A program made the position numbers and the translations under genes. A stretch of DNA of 63,612 bases from a virus (Duplodnaviria > Caudoviricetes): positions 1-63,612 of IMG/VR virus record IMGVR_UViG_3300037485_001761; one strand, written 5' to 3'. A model generated the notes under the pieces. It did not search any database. It saw only the letters and a program-made list of their open reading frames with translations, and was not told the DNA's origin. Shown here in pieces: positions 10,001 to 20,900 of the stretch (position 1 is the first letter of the stretch; every line of letters starts with the position of its first letter).

Positions 10001-10028
10001 TTATCCTCTTTATACGGAGGACGCATCA

Positions 10029-10553
10029 ATGAAATTCGAAGGAATAAGTTACCAACCCACTGGAAATGAACCCGCAGAACTTGCTAAATTTTTACAGCAT
10101 TATGCTCTAGTTAATCGCTTCCTGCTTAGGTTTAATGAGACGGGAATCTCCGTTGCCGAGAACCTTAAGACTTTTAATCGAATTGTTCCTATTGCCCATG
10201 GACTTAAGATGACAATTGCCCATAATCTGGGCTCGGCTCCTCTCTCCTTTCAAGCAAATGGGAGAATAGAGTTCATTCAAATAATCAGCAAGAGTTCTAG
10301 GAACGTTGTGATTAAAGCAAAGCTATTAACCGTCGCCATCCTGGAAACTACCCCCGGAAAACCGCAAGACAGAATCCCGGTTTCAGACGTTACGTTCTTT
10401 AAAGTCGGAGATCAGGTTACCGTAGGCAAACAAGTTCGTACTATTATGGGAATCGATAAAGAGAAACTCCTTCTCGACAACAACGTGATTTACGATTCCA
10501 CAATTCACACCGTCTCCCTCTACTCCGAAAAAGCTGACATTTTCATGATGTGA
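10029..10553 (+). CDS. Hypothetical tail-associated protein
   Basis: GGAGG RBS; HNLG..P and F.VGD.V.VG beta motifs common in virion proteins. Confidence 0.55.
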   Translation: MKFEGISYQPTGNEPAELAKFLQHYALVNRFLLRFNETGISVAENLKTFNRIVPIAHGLKMTIAHNLGSAPLSFQANGRIEFIQIISKSSRNVVIKAKLLTVAILETTPGKPQDRIPVSDVTFFKVGDQVTVGKQVRTIMGIDKEKLLLDNNVIYDSTIHTVSLYSEKADIFMM

Positions 10554-10612
10554 CTTTCGAAGGAACTCGTTGTAAGCTATGACAGAGATGCAATCTTATC
10601 TTCTGCAAGCAC

Positions 10613-13600
10613 ATGACGAGGAAATTTCTTATGGGGTTACGAACACCTTCTGACTGGATGACGAGAAATACTCAATCGCAATTCAAAAAACCGACAACTG
10701 AAACCGGTCTGACACCGAAACAGCAAGATATGGCGGGCAGCATGTACCCGGGGGCGTTCAAGCCCAGTGAACCCGTGCCCCAAGACGAAACAGTCAACGC
10801 CACTGAAATGCGTCAGGAAAAAGCCCAAACGCAAATTCAGAAACCGGAGAAACAAGAAGCCAAGCGCAAAGAGATGGAGCAATCGGGAATCGGCATGGCG
10901 GTGGCCGAGGCTTCCTCCAAAATCGGCATCTTCAAATACAAACTCCAAGAAGAGGTAAACAACTTTCTCACGCAAGGCCCTACGGAAACCGGATTGCAAT
11001 CTTACGTAGGAACCGATGGACTTGTTCACACCGGAACAGTCAACGCCACTGAAATGCGTCAGGAAAAAGCCCAAACGCAAATTCAGAAACCGGAGAAACA
11101 AGAAGCCAAGCGCAAAGAGATGGAGCAATCGGGAATCGACATGGCGGTGGCCGAGGCTTCCCCCAAAATCGGCATCTTCAAATACAAACTCCAAGAAGAG
11201 GTAAACAACTTTCTCACGCAAGGCCCTACGGAAACCGGATTGCAGTCTTACGTAGGAACCGATGGACTTGTTCACACCGGAACAAGTCAAGACGCGCTAA
11301 ATCCCGCGGTCGCTGAAAAGCAAGGCGCTCAACAGGGAATCCTCAACACGATGCGCCCGTTCCTCGAGCAAACCGGAGCCGGTGGATTTAAGGCAAAACA
11401 GTTCAAAGATGTTGCCAGTGGCTTGTTCGCGAATCCCACGGCTGACACGAGTCGGTTGATTCAAATGGTCGACACCCTCGACATGCTCGAGGATCAGGGA
11501 ATGTCCCAAACCACCGAAGCCCAGGCATTACGTGCCCAACTCGAAGAGATGGACACGTTCGGCATTGCTTCCGATTTGCGGAATACCAAGAAAACCTATG
11601 AACAACTTATGGGCGCTGGAAGACAAGATCCTACTAAATGGTATGGAGAAACTGGCAAAGAAGGAAACACGGCGTTAGAGTTAGCGACTCTTTCCTCAAC
11701 CAATATTCAAGATGAACTTGAAAAAGCTATGGTTTCGGCCTCTGGATTGTTCAGCGGTGAAGTGGAAAGCTCGTTGAAGAAAACCTTCGATACGCAATCC
11801 GCACAAGCAGAACGAGCCAGTAAATGGAGTCAGGAAGCCAACACCCAATTATCGAGTGCCTTAGACACGGTATTGAAGGAAGAACGCGGAGAATTTGGCA
11901 CGGCGAAAGACAACCTGTACAAAGTCCTCGACCAAGTCAAAGGCCCCCTTAATGAAATTATGAAGAAATACCCAGAAGCTACTTTTTGGGGCGATATGAT
12001 GCAGGATACTGGCTCCTTCTACGAATTCATTACCACGGCACTCAATGACCCAGAATCCGGGATTGCCGCAGAAGACAGAGCCATGTTGCGAAAATACCTG
12101 GGTGACGCTGCCGGGGAACAAGGGCAATTCTCCATGTGGTTGGACGAATTGTCGTCAACCGGAGGCTTTACCGTTGTTCAAGAAGACGCTAACGGCGTAC
12201 CTAAAGAAACTACTCTCCGACCTGACGGAGCGATGAAGAATCAGATTACTCGATTATTATCCGACCCGAACGTCGATAAACAGTGGGCTTTGGGCCAGGT
12301 AAAAGAGATGATGTACAATGTGAAGATTGACCCTTCAACTACGGTAAGAAGTTTCTTCGGAGACTTGTTAAGTGGAGTGAAGGATTTATCGGATACTAAA
12401 GCCACGCAACAAGAGTTCACCACATCCCTAGAAAAGACGATGGCCGGGTTTCTTGGAACCAAGACAGAAGATATTTTCAAAAGAGGCATGACAGAGTTGC
12501 TTAAGGATTCGGGAATTCCTGGCCTGGATAAAATGACGACCGCAGCGCTAAAGCTAGAATTTGATAAGTTACCCCCTAACGTTAAAGCGGAATTGACCAC
12601 TCAAATACAAAAAGAGCTTCAATCCGTCATGGGGGGACAGGAAATTGCTTACACTAAAGCCATGCAAGCTGGGACAAAAGATGCTAAGGAAGCGGTTGGC
12701 ACTAAATTAAAAGAAGCACAATCTGAATTGTCAAGATTAAATACACTGAAAGCCAAGAACACCAATCTCGTGAATGAGGCATTTGGTAAACTGTGGACAA
12801 ATCTCCAGACACAAAGGACTGCCGTTAACGCGGCTACCCCTAAGCTACGAACAGAAATAGACAATTCTCCTTGGTTTCAGCAAATGATTTCTTATGGATT
12901 AGCGAAGCCCGAAGACGCGGCTTCCATAGCTAACGCCATGTCTATGGAAAAGCTGCTCCCGGTACTTAAACAACTTAACCCGGCTATCGGAGCTGGGTTG
13001 CCTAACTTAGCGTTGTACTTCGATGTAGCCAATGGTGTGGTCGATTTAAAAGGAATTGCTAAATACTACGACGCAGTAGAAAAAGTAGCCGGAGAAATCT
13101 TAGGGAACCCTGGTAAATACTCTGAAACTTTCGCTGATATGTACCGACAAACAGCGGAAGGGAAGCAATTACTAGAACAACAAGTATCTAGGGACAAGCA
13201 AATCAGCGAAGCAATAAACACTCTCGCCGGAACCGTTACGAATTTAAATGCGATGAATTCCACCGTTGACGGGTTTGTCTCTCAACTTGGAAAGAAGTTG
13301 CCTATTGTGATGGATGCGGGACAAGTGGTAAATACTTTACTGGGAGCCGCTCAAGGAGACGCTCTTACCGGTGAAAATCTAGCCCCGACTCTCGAAGGAA
13401 TGGGAGTGGAGCAAGATAAAGATGGAAACTTCTTCCTGAACTTTGGAGGAAAGTATATTCCTATTGACGCAGACACTCTCAACAAAATCGTAGAAGCTAA
13501 GAACGCCAATGTTAAGTCTGCCGTAGCCGAAAGTGACTTGTTAAAAGGTGTGACCACTCAAGGGTTAGGCGCAAGCAATCTCCCTGGGAATATGACGATT

Positions 13601-14377
13601 GCGAAACCTTTAACGCAGCAAGAAGCAGGCAAAGCAGTGCTTAAAGAAGTGTACCGCAAAGACCCTGAAAGATTTAAGCGAGAGATAAAAGAATCACTAC
13701 CAGGGTCGGAAGTTACTTATGATTCCACTTCCAGCACGTACACTGTAAAAACTCCTGCGGGATTAGAAATCGTAATGCCTTCTACCGAAACCTTTATCGA
13801 TAAAGTTTCTGATAGCAAAGGCTTTGGTTCAGATTTAGTGACCCAACTCGGTGGAAGCCCTGACCCTAGCAAAATGTACACTCAAAAAGATATTCAAGAT
13901 TTAACAGCGTCGGGCGCTCAACCGGGAGGAGGATCTAATTTCCTCCGCACTGACTTTATGCGCAACCAGATTCTTGCCCTCAAAGATACTGTAGAGAAAG
14001 CGGTTCCTGGATTAGACGGAAAAGCAAAAGTTAACATCGACAAATCAGGAAATGTTATCATTATTCCCCAAAGCCCAGATGGAGTTATCGACGAAGTGAA
14101 TGGAATCCGCATGACTGTCGACCCCCGTACCAATAAAGTGACAAGGATTGATTACAACGGTCAAGCAGTAGAGCCAACAATAGACCCCAAAACAGGGGAC
14201 ACTGTCTTCAAGCCCGTTAGAGGCGTCACTCCTGTAGAAGTAGCAGCGGATGAAGATTACAACGTGGCAGCGGGAAAAGTAGCACCTTCTGTAGAAGGCA
14301 AGCCAATGACAGAGAAGAGAGTAAAAGAGACAAAGAATGAGAATACCCGAGAAAATAGGTACGCCAAAGATGTTTAG
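10613..14377 (+). CDS. Large internal virion (ejection-type) protein with an 82-aa internal duplication
   Basis: 1254 aa, helical/coiled-coil; position between nozzle and endolysin as in podoviruses. Confidence 0.55.
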   Translation: MTRKFLMGLRTPSDWMTRNTQSQFKKPTTETGLTPKQQDMAGSMYPGAFKPSEPVPQDETVNATEMRQEKAQTQIQKPEKQEAKRKEMEQSGIGMAVAEASSKIGIFKYKLQEEVNNFLTQGPTETGLQSYVGTDGLVHTGTVNATEMRQEKAQTQIQKPEKQEAKRKEMEQSGIDMAVAEASPKIGIFKYKLQEEVNNFLTQGPTETGLQSYVGTDGLVHTGTSQDALNPAVAEKQGAQQGILNTMRPFLEQTGAGGFKAKQFKDVASGLFANPTADTSRLIQMVDTLDMLEDQGMSQTTEAQALRAQLEEMDTFGIASDLRNTKKTYEQLMGAGRQDPTKWYGETGKEGNTALELATLSSTNIQDELEKAMVSASGLFSGEVESSLKKTFDTQSAQAERASKWSQEANTQLSSALDTVLKEERGEFGTAKDNLYKVLDQVKGPLNEIMKKYPEATFWGDMMQDTGSFYEFITTALNDPESGIAAEDRAMLRKYLGDAAGEQGQFSMWLDELSSTGGFTVVQEDANGVPKETTLRPDGAMKNQITRLLSDPNVDKQWALGQVKEMMYNVKIDPSTTVRSFFGDLLSGVKDLSDTKATQQEFTTSLEKTMAGFLGTKTEDIFKRGMTELLKDSGIPGLDKMTTAALKLEFDKLPPNVKAELTTQIQKELQSVMGGQEIAYTKAMQAGTKDAKEAVGTKLKEAQSELSRLNTLKAKNTNLVNEAFGKLWTNLQTQRTAVNAATPKLRTEIDNSPWFQQMISYGLAKPEDAASIANAMSMEKLLPVLKQLNPAIGAGLPNLALYFDVANGVVDLKGIAKYYDAVEKVAGEILGNPGKYSETFADMYRQTAEGKQLLEQQVSRDKQISEAINTLAGTVTNLNAMNSTVDGFVSQLGKKLPIVMDAGQVVNTLLGAAQGDALTGENLAPTLEGMGVEQDKDGNFFLNFGGKYIPIDADTLNKIVEAKNANVKSAVAESDLLKGVTTQGLGASNLPGNMTIAKPLTQQEAGKAVLKEVYRKDPERFKREIKESLPGSEVTYDSTSSTYTVKTPAGLEIVMPSTETFIDKVSDSKGFGSDLVTQLGGSPDPSKMYTQKDIQDLTASGAQPGGGSNFLRTDFMRNQILALKDTVEKAVPGLDGKAKVNIDKSGNVIIIPQSPDGVIDEVNGIRMTVDPRTNKVTRIDYNGQAVEPTIDPKTGDTVFKPVRGVTPVEVAADEDYNVAAGKVAPSVEGKPMTEKRVKETKNENTRENRYAKDV
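10789..11284 (+). repeat. 246-bp in-frame tandem duplication (10789-11034 / 11035-11280)
   Basis: Direct sequence comparison; three mismatches seen; AACAGTCAA/AACAAGTCAA microhomology at the junctions. Confidence 0.95.
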
Positions 14378-14387
14378 GAGATAGCAG

Positions 14388-15143
14388 ATGCCGTCATTTT
14401 CGTCAGAAGTTTACGACTCGACTAAAGAGAAACCAACGGAGGAACAGCTTTCTCCATACACTGACTATCTCCAACGTCGGGCAAAAGCTGCCCAACAATG
14501 GGAAGGGTCGGGTACCGCGCCAACTCCCACTACGTCGATTGCCGATCAATTAGCCGCAGAAAAGGGCTACCGAAGCGGGGAATACGGGCGAAGGGAGAAA
14601 GCCGCAACGCAACAAATGGGCCTCGCCAAAGCCGAGGACACGAGGCAAGGCACTGTCGCTGACCGGGTTAGACAAGCTCTGTACAACCGAGAAAATATCC
14701 AGGACAAGCTGGAAACTCAACAATCCCAATCCCAGCGAACCTTCGGCCAGGGCATGGAGGAGATGCAACAGCAAGCGGGACAGACAATTGCCAAGCAGGA
14801 TTTCTCGGCCTACCAGAACGCTGGAGACAGGTATGACTCTCTCATGGCGGCCTATGACAAGGGCACCGCTGAAATGGGAATGCTTGATGCGGCTAAAGGA
14901 AACGCGCTAAAGATGGCGGATTTAGATGCTTACTTTGCCCGTGTAGGCAATGACATGGACAACGCATTTAAAGATTGGCAAGCCACGGCCCAGTTCGACG
15001 CCACCCAGGCATTGTCTCAACTTAACAGCCAAGCCTCAGGTATCGCCGCCATGATTGACGGAATAATGAAAATCGGCGGGGGCGTTGGATATGAAACCAT
15101 GGAAAGCACCTATTTCGGAGGAACTCCCGTATGGAACGGTTAA
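14388..15143 (+). CDS. Probable internal virion/ejection protein
   Basis: Ala/Gln-rich helical protein with Gly-rich C-terminus; AGGAG RBS. Confidence 0.55.
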   Translation: MPSFSSEVYDSTKEKPTEEQLSPYTDYLQRRAKAAQQWEGSGTAPTPTTSIADQLAAEKGYRSGEYGRREKAATQQMGLAKAEDTRQGTVADRVRQALYNRENIQDKLETQQSQSQRTFGQGMEEMQQQAGQTIAKQDFSAYQNAGDRYDSLMAAYDKGTAEMGMLDAAKGNALKMADLDAYFARVGNDMDNAFKDWQATAQFDATQALSQLNSQASGIAAMIDGIMKIGGGVGYETMESTYFGGTPVWNG

Positions 15144-15517
15144 GGAAAATTCTCAACGCCTTAAACAGCGTTGACTATCTCAACGCTAAAAACGCACAGC
15201 CCGAAGAACAAGTTCCTGACGAAAGCCAGGAAGCCGCCGTCATGGGACAACCGTTGCCGGGAATGGAACAACCTCCTCCACCGGCCCCTGGCTTGCATCC
15301 TCAAGCATTCGACGCCATGGATTCCACCATGAATGCGGATTTAATGCCTGAGTTGCCGTCAATGCAAGCGGAATCGAGCCAAAAACTTTCTCCGTTTAAC
15401 AAGAAACTGAAATACCTTGAGATGATGAATAAGAAGCAGGATATGAACAATCCAGGCTTTAAACCTAAAAAGATTTTAGCCGGTGGAGGATTAGATAATG
15501 GCCCTGGAATTTTCTGA
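15131..15517 (+). CDS. Hypothetical Pro/Met-rich protein
   Basis: Overlaps both neighbours in the same operon. Confidence 0.6.
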   Translation: MERLRKILNALNSVDYLNAKNAQPEEQVPDESQEAAVMGQPLPGMEQPPPPAPGLHPQAFDAMDSTMNADLMPELPSMQAESSQKLSPFNKKLKYLEMMNKKQDMNNPGFKPKKILAGGGLDNGPGIF

Positions 15518-16349
15518 TTGGGGATTAACTCCCGAGGAAAAAGTGGCTTCGCGCAAGCAGGCATTGGATGCTTATTTCAATGTAGCGCAGCCCATGGAGA
15601 AAGAGCGTCAGGGAATGGAGCGCGGGAAACTCGCTTCGGACGTGTACTCAGCTTCCGCTAAAGCCGCCAAGGAAGGCGACAATGCTGGGATCAGCGACAT
15701 TATGGCGAAGGCTCAACAGCAAGCCTCCGAACTAATTCCGCAACAGCAACAGAAGCAACAGGATTTAGCGTACCAAGGAGCCCAGTACAAAGAAGATATT
15801 CTCGGCTCCAAACAAGAAGCGGCGGTAGGAAACTATGAACGAAATACCGTCGAATACAAGGACAAGATGTCTGATCAACTCGCCAAGCAAGCCTTTGAAA
15901 TGGGCTACCAGGCGAAAGAGCTGGCCCTGAGCCAGAACGGCGCACTTGCTGACCGAGGCTTGCAGCAATTGTACAAAGATTTGCAGGCAGGCCGAGTCAA
16001 TAAAGAAGAGATTAGTGGATTGCAATATCAGCTTGCAACTCGAGCACAGCAAATGAAAGCTGACTTGGACAAAGAGCTAGCCACGCAAAAAGGACAATTG
16101 GAGTTAGAGCTGAAGAGTAAAAATCTCACCGCAGCGAAGGCCCGGATGCAAAAGATAATTGATAAACAAAAAGAAATAGCCAAGGACGCGGCAAAAGCGG
16201 GAGCCCTCGGTGGAATATTAAGTGGAATAGTAGCAATCGGAGGCGGAGTTGCGGCAACCGCGATCACCGGAAATCCGTTCATGTTCTATCCAGGGTACCG
16301 AGCAACCGAGGATCTTACGTCAGGCATTTCAAAAGTAGCGGGAGGATAA
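15498..16349 (+). CDS. Probable DNA pilot/ejection protein
   Basis: Coiled-coil followed by hydrophobic Gly-rich segment GALGGILSGIVAIGGGVAA. Confidence 0.55.
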   Translation: MALEFSDWGLTPEEKVASRKQALDAYFNVAQPMEKERQGMERGKLASDVYSASAKAAKEGDNAGISDIMAKAQQQASELIPQQQQKQQDLAYQGAQYKEDILGSKQEAAVGNYERNTVEYKDKMSDQLAKQAFEMGYQAKELALSQNGALADRGLQQLYKDLQAGRVNKEEISGLQYQLATRAQQMKADLDKELATQKGQLELELKSKNLTAAKARMQKIIDKQKEIAKDAAKAGALGGILSGIVAIGGGVAATAITGNPFMFYPGYRATEDLTSGISKVAGG

Positions 16350-16350
16350 A

Positions 16351-17898
16351 ATGGAAGAAGAAAATCAAAACCCAGATGAAGCAAATAATGAATGGTACCA
16401 ACAAATATTAAGCCTGATTGGCTCTACTCCCGCTGAAGCTTCGGCTATGCCTGCTAAAGCAATCAGGGAGACGACAGCTCCGGTAGCTCCGGCACCTGCC
16501 ACTAAGGCCCCGGCCTTTAATCCCAACGATCCCGCCCTGACTGCCATGTTGCAAGGGCTAGGTAAGCCTAAAGCTCAGCCGGGAGCTTTTCCGTTTGCTG
16601 CGACTACTGCTCAACCGAAAGCAGTGAGCCCGTTGCAAGCGGCTGCGGGGAAACTTAAACAAAGCAAAACTCCACAAAAAGCAACTCCAAAAGTGGCAGC
16701 TCCGACCCCCGCGCCAACTACGGGCAACCAGGCGGCCACTTATCCTGTGGCCAATCCTAAGTTCTCGGGGACAAGCACTTCGGGAGAAAGCACCACGACT
16801 AAGACAGAAGACCCCACACAAGTTTTAGGGAAAATAAGTGAACTTAGTGAAGCACAGAAGAATTTACTTTCTACTAAAATTCCTCCTTACAAGGAATTCT
16901 TAACAGACGTTGAGCAGAAACAGAAAGAGAGATTCGGCAACACGGAAAGAGCGTACAACGCCTATCACGGAGAACTGGACAAATCGACAAGGGGGCAGTT
17001 CTGGCAAGACATGATTCACTCTCTAGGACAAATCGTTGCCGGGGGAGCGGCTTATGCTTCCGAGAAACCTGTCATGAATTACTACAAACCCATCAAGATA
17101 TTTGATAAGCAAGCGGTTGACGCGAATGCAAAAGCCAGAATGGAGATGACAACCAATCTCGCGAAACAGAGATTTGATGATGCGGTTCAATCTCTTCAAG
17201 CAAGACGTGACCTGAGTGTTGAGGAGAAATCTATCGCGTATGCCGCGGAAGTGGACAAACTGAAAAACGCGGTCTCGGTACTAAAAACCACAATCCCGAC
17301 TACCCAAGAAGAAACTAAAGGGGCTCAAGGAATAGTGGACATCCCCCGAGATAGAATTGCCGCAGCTAAATCGGGAGGCGGGCCAAAACCTCCTCAATAC
17401 GTCGAGCAGAAAGAACCTACTTATCCTACGGAAGCCGCTAAAACTAACACAGGATACCTGTCCAAAATGTCTCCCTATATGAACAACCCAGTAATGGCGG
17501 GTTCTCCCGAAGATCAAGCCAAGAGCTATGCCAATCCTCGGAGTGTCCGTGGAGCATTCCCCTCGGTAGCCCTAGAGAAACTTTACCTCTATGCCTATAA
17601 CAAGAGCGGAGACAAATCTCCTCAGGCAATAACGAAAGCCGCTAATGAATTACTGACGAGACACTTGGCCCAAGCTCCAGAGGCAAGCACCAAAGAAGCT
17701 TATCTATTAGCGAAGGAAAGAGAAGCGTTGCAAAAAGCTGGAGTAACCGTATTCTGGGCAATTCCTCAAGTCATGATGAGAACAAAGGATGGGGTTTCAG
17801 AGTATGACGCAGCAAACCCTTTGGACGCTAGAAATCCCCACGCCTACATCAACAAGGTGAATGCGGCTAAAACACAGATACAATCTCAAGGAAAATAA
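16351..17898 (+). CDS. Probable internal virion protein
   Basis: GGAGG RBS; Pro/Ala-rich N-terminus, helical core. Confidence 0.55.
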   Translation: MEEENQNPDEANNEWYQQILSLIGSTPAEASAMPAKAIRETTAPVAPAPATKAPAFNPNDPALTAMLQGLGKPKAQPGAFPFAATTAQPKAVSPLQAAAGKLKQSKTPQKATPKVAAPTPAPTTGNQAATYPVANPKFSGTSTSGESTTTKTEDPTQVLGKISELSEAQKNLLSTKIPPYKEFLTDVEQKQKERFGNTERAYNAYHGELDKSTRGQFWQDMIHSLGQIVAGGAAYASEKPVMNYYKPIKIFDKQAVDANAKARMEMTTNLAKQRFDDAVQSLQARRDLSVEEKSIAYAAEVDKLKNAVSVLKTTIPTTQEETKGAQGIVDIPRDRIAAAKSGGGPKPPQYVEQKEPTYPTEAAKTNTGYLSKMSPYMNNPVMAGSPEDQAKSYANPRSVRGAFPSVALEKLYLYAYNKSGDKSPQAITKAANELLTRHLAQAPEASTKEAYLLAKEREALQKAGVTVFWAIPQVMMRTKDGVSEYDAANPLDARNPHAYINKVNAAKTQIQSQGK

Positions 17899-17909
17899 CG
17901 GAGATTAAC

Positions 17910-20900
17910 ATGGCGACTGAAGAAGAAGTTGACACTGAAGAAACTGGAGCGGATGAAAATTATCAGTACGCCCCTCCGAAGCCTGTGGTGGACGATGAGG
18001 CGCTTGCGATAGCCAAAGCTGAGCTAGCACAAGAAGCTCAACCGGCACAAGAGCAACCAGCTCCCGCTCCCGTCGTAGCTACTCCTAAAGCTCCTCCTAT
18101 TCAAAGGAAGGGAGAGGTGACGGCTGTTGAATTAGACCCGGAGGAATCCGCAATCCTGGATAAGATTTCGGAGATGGCTAGCCGGAAACCGCTGTCGTTC
18201 AAGGAATTGGGAGACGCAATAAAGGGCAAGCCCTACGCCGACCAACAAAAGATAATTGAAGAGAATGAAGCAATCCGAGTAGGTGAAGCCCAGACTCCCG
18301 ACTTCATGGCAGAGGTCATGGGGAAACTTGGAACCTTAGCCAAGGACACCGCTCACACGGTATTCCCGACACTCGTTGACCCGGCCACTGCGGAAGAGAA
18401 CAAGCAATATTACAAACCGATATTCGGTAGAAAATCTACTCCCATTAGCCAGTGGTATGACCCAAAAACCAAGAGAATACCTGCAAACAAGTTAGAAGAG
18501 TTTCTTGCCTATGAACACGCGGGACTCACGCCCGAAAAGAAAGAATTCGTAACGTCAAGAGTATTATCCGCCGTCTCGGACATTCCTCCCGAAGAGATAA
18601 TAAAAGGCCGAGTTCTTGGCAATTCGTCTTCCTCGATAGCCAAGCTTGCTCAGACAATGGACGCTTTATTGTTTCAAGAAGCAGGCAGCAAGTATGCAGC
18701 TTACGGGATTAATAAATTCCTTCGAGAAAAGCCAAAGATGCCTCCTGAATTCTTTTCCCCTGAAGTCAAGAATTACATCAAAGACAACCTTCACAATGGA
18801 GGCTCCGTGGGCACCAATTTGTTCGAACTACAAATCCCCACGGATGCGAAGAACGCCGATGAAGCGATGAAGGAAATGTGGAATACTTATGCCGGGGCTG
18901 CTCGGGATATGTATTTTGAAGTAGGAAAGAATAAATTAGCGGCCAATGCCGGTGTCCCTTTATTGTTTGTTGGGTCTCGAGGCATTGGCGCACTGGCAAA
19001 CCCGCTGACCACAATTGCCGCAAGACGGGGCGTTAAGTTTGGCGGGCAACTCATTGCCTCATTCGTAGAGGGTGGCCTTATGGCCTCGCCTACTGAAGCA
19101 GAAGGTAAAACCTGGACAAGTACCCTGGCCGCCGGTGCCTTAGGTGCGGGATTCCACGCCGTGGGTGAAGGAGTCGCCAAAGTATTCTCTTCCAAAGCGG
19201 GAGTTGACGTTGACGCTTCCCCGAGGCAAAACAGAGAACTTCAAAAAGAAAGACAGGTAGCCGAAGCATTTCCTAATGCAAAAACCGAACACCTCATGCA
19301 AGTGGCTAGAGGCGAAGTGGACATTCCCAATGTGCTTGAATCGGACAAGCCCGCCCTACGGCAAAAAGCCGGAGAGATGGCTAAGGGACAAGTTATCAAG
19401 GATGTGGTTGGAGATGTTCCTATTTCCCCGGAAACGATGGAAGTCGTCCTCAACCAAGGGGTAAGAGATAAAAGGGTTCAGGAACAGCTTGACCACATGA
19501 TGGCCATAACGGATGGCGTGACTCCGCAACAAAAGATGACGGACACGGCGTTTAAGAAGACGATGGCACAGATGCCGAAGGAAACAGCCGAGTTGATGCA
19601 AGGGCTCAGGGATTCCGCAGACTATAAATTAGCCCTCGAGTCTCCTGAGAGAATGCAAGAACTGTTAAGGAGTAAAGGCTTAGAACATGCTTACTCTCCC
19701 TTCGATTATGAGTTGCAAAAGACAGTCGCCAACAAGCCATCAATGTACCGACAGTATCTTATCGAATCCGCTAAAATATTAACGGACAACCTCGATGAGA
19801 CTAAACTGACTCGTTATGATTTAGGAAAATCCAGTTCCCGGACAATCAGAAACCTCATTGAGATGAGCGATAATCCCGTTGACTTCAATACGTCTGTTGG
19901 AACCTGGAGAGACTTAAGCACGGATTTAGCGGATAAAGTCGTGAAGATGTCCGACACAGCGTCCTACTTAAAAAAGATAGACGACCCCCGCATTCAATTT
20001 GTCAGGGAGCATATTGATGAAGCTGTCGCCAATAACCGACAAATCGACCGGGGATATGTTATCCAGGAACTTAAGAAAATTGGAGAGGACACCGGGCAAA
20101 CAGGACTCACGGGGAGGATGACTTCCCAGGTTATGGCGTATAACAACATCCTCAACAAGATGGGTGAGGTTAAACAGGACATTCAGAACTCAGTAAGCAA
20201 AACAAACAATGTGAACGTAGCCAGGGAAACTGCGAACAAGAGAGTGCTCCCTCACGAGAACCTTATCAAATCAGCCGGGAGTTACGACGACCCTGTTGCC
20301 GTCGCCGCTAGGTTTAATGAGCACATTAACCCCGCAATGCAGAATCCCAAGATTCCAGCAGAGGTTAGAGCGGCCACCGATAACTTCATCAAACAATCGT
20401 CAATCAATGTGGCGGCGGGAGCCCAGATTCCTAAAGCCTTTGTTGACGGATTTAAGTTAGAAGTCGAGAAAGCCAAAGGCGTTGTCGGGATAAATTCTTT
20501 AAGAGATTTGGCGGGAGCTGTTGAACATTGGAACAAAGAGATAGGCCACATCGATTCATTGAAAGAAACACTCGGGCAATCTTTCGACAGCCCATCCTCT
20601 TTATCGAAGCTTATTCCCGCATTCCAGCAAGCTTCCAAAGATGTTATTTCTCCCGTCAACTTGGAAAGATTGGACACGTATCACAGCTATCTTTCCTCTG
20701 TGTGGACACAGGCACTCGAAGGGACGGGATTGCCGGACAAAACTAAACTCCAGCTCTTCAGCTATCTTTTCGGCGGGACTGAAGTAAAACTTAAAGCAGA
20801 AGCGGATCCTGGAAACATGATACGGACACAGGAACATGCTCAAAATGTGTTGGATGCGTTGACTTCCAACTCCCGAGAAGTGCTTGACACGCTAAACAAT

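Noticed and set aside
10789-11284. Diversity-generating retroelement TR/VR pair
   Set aside because: Adjacent in-frame copies, mismatches not confined to adenines, no reverse transcriptase in the window
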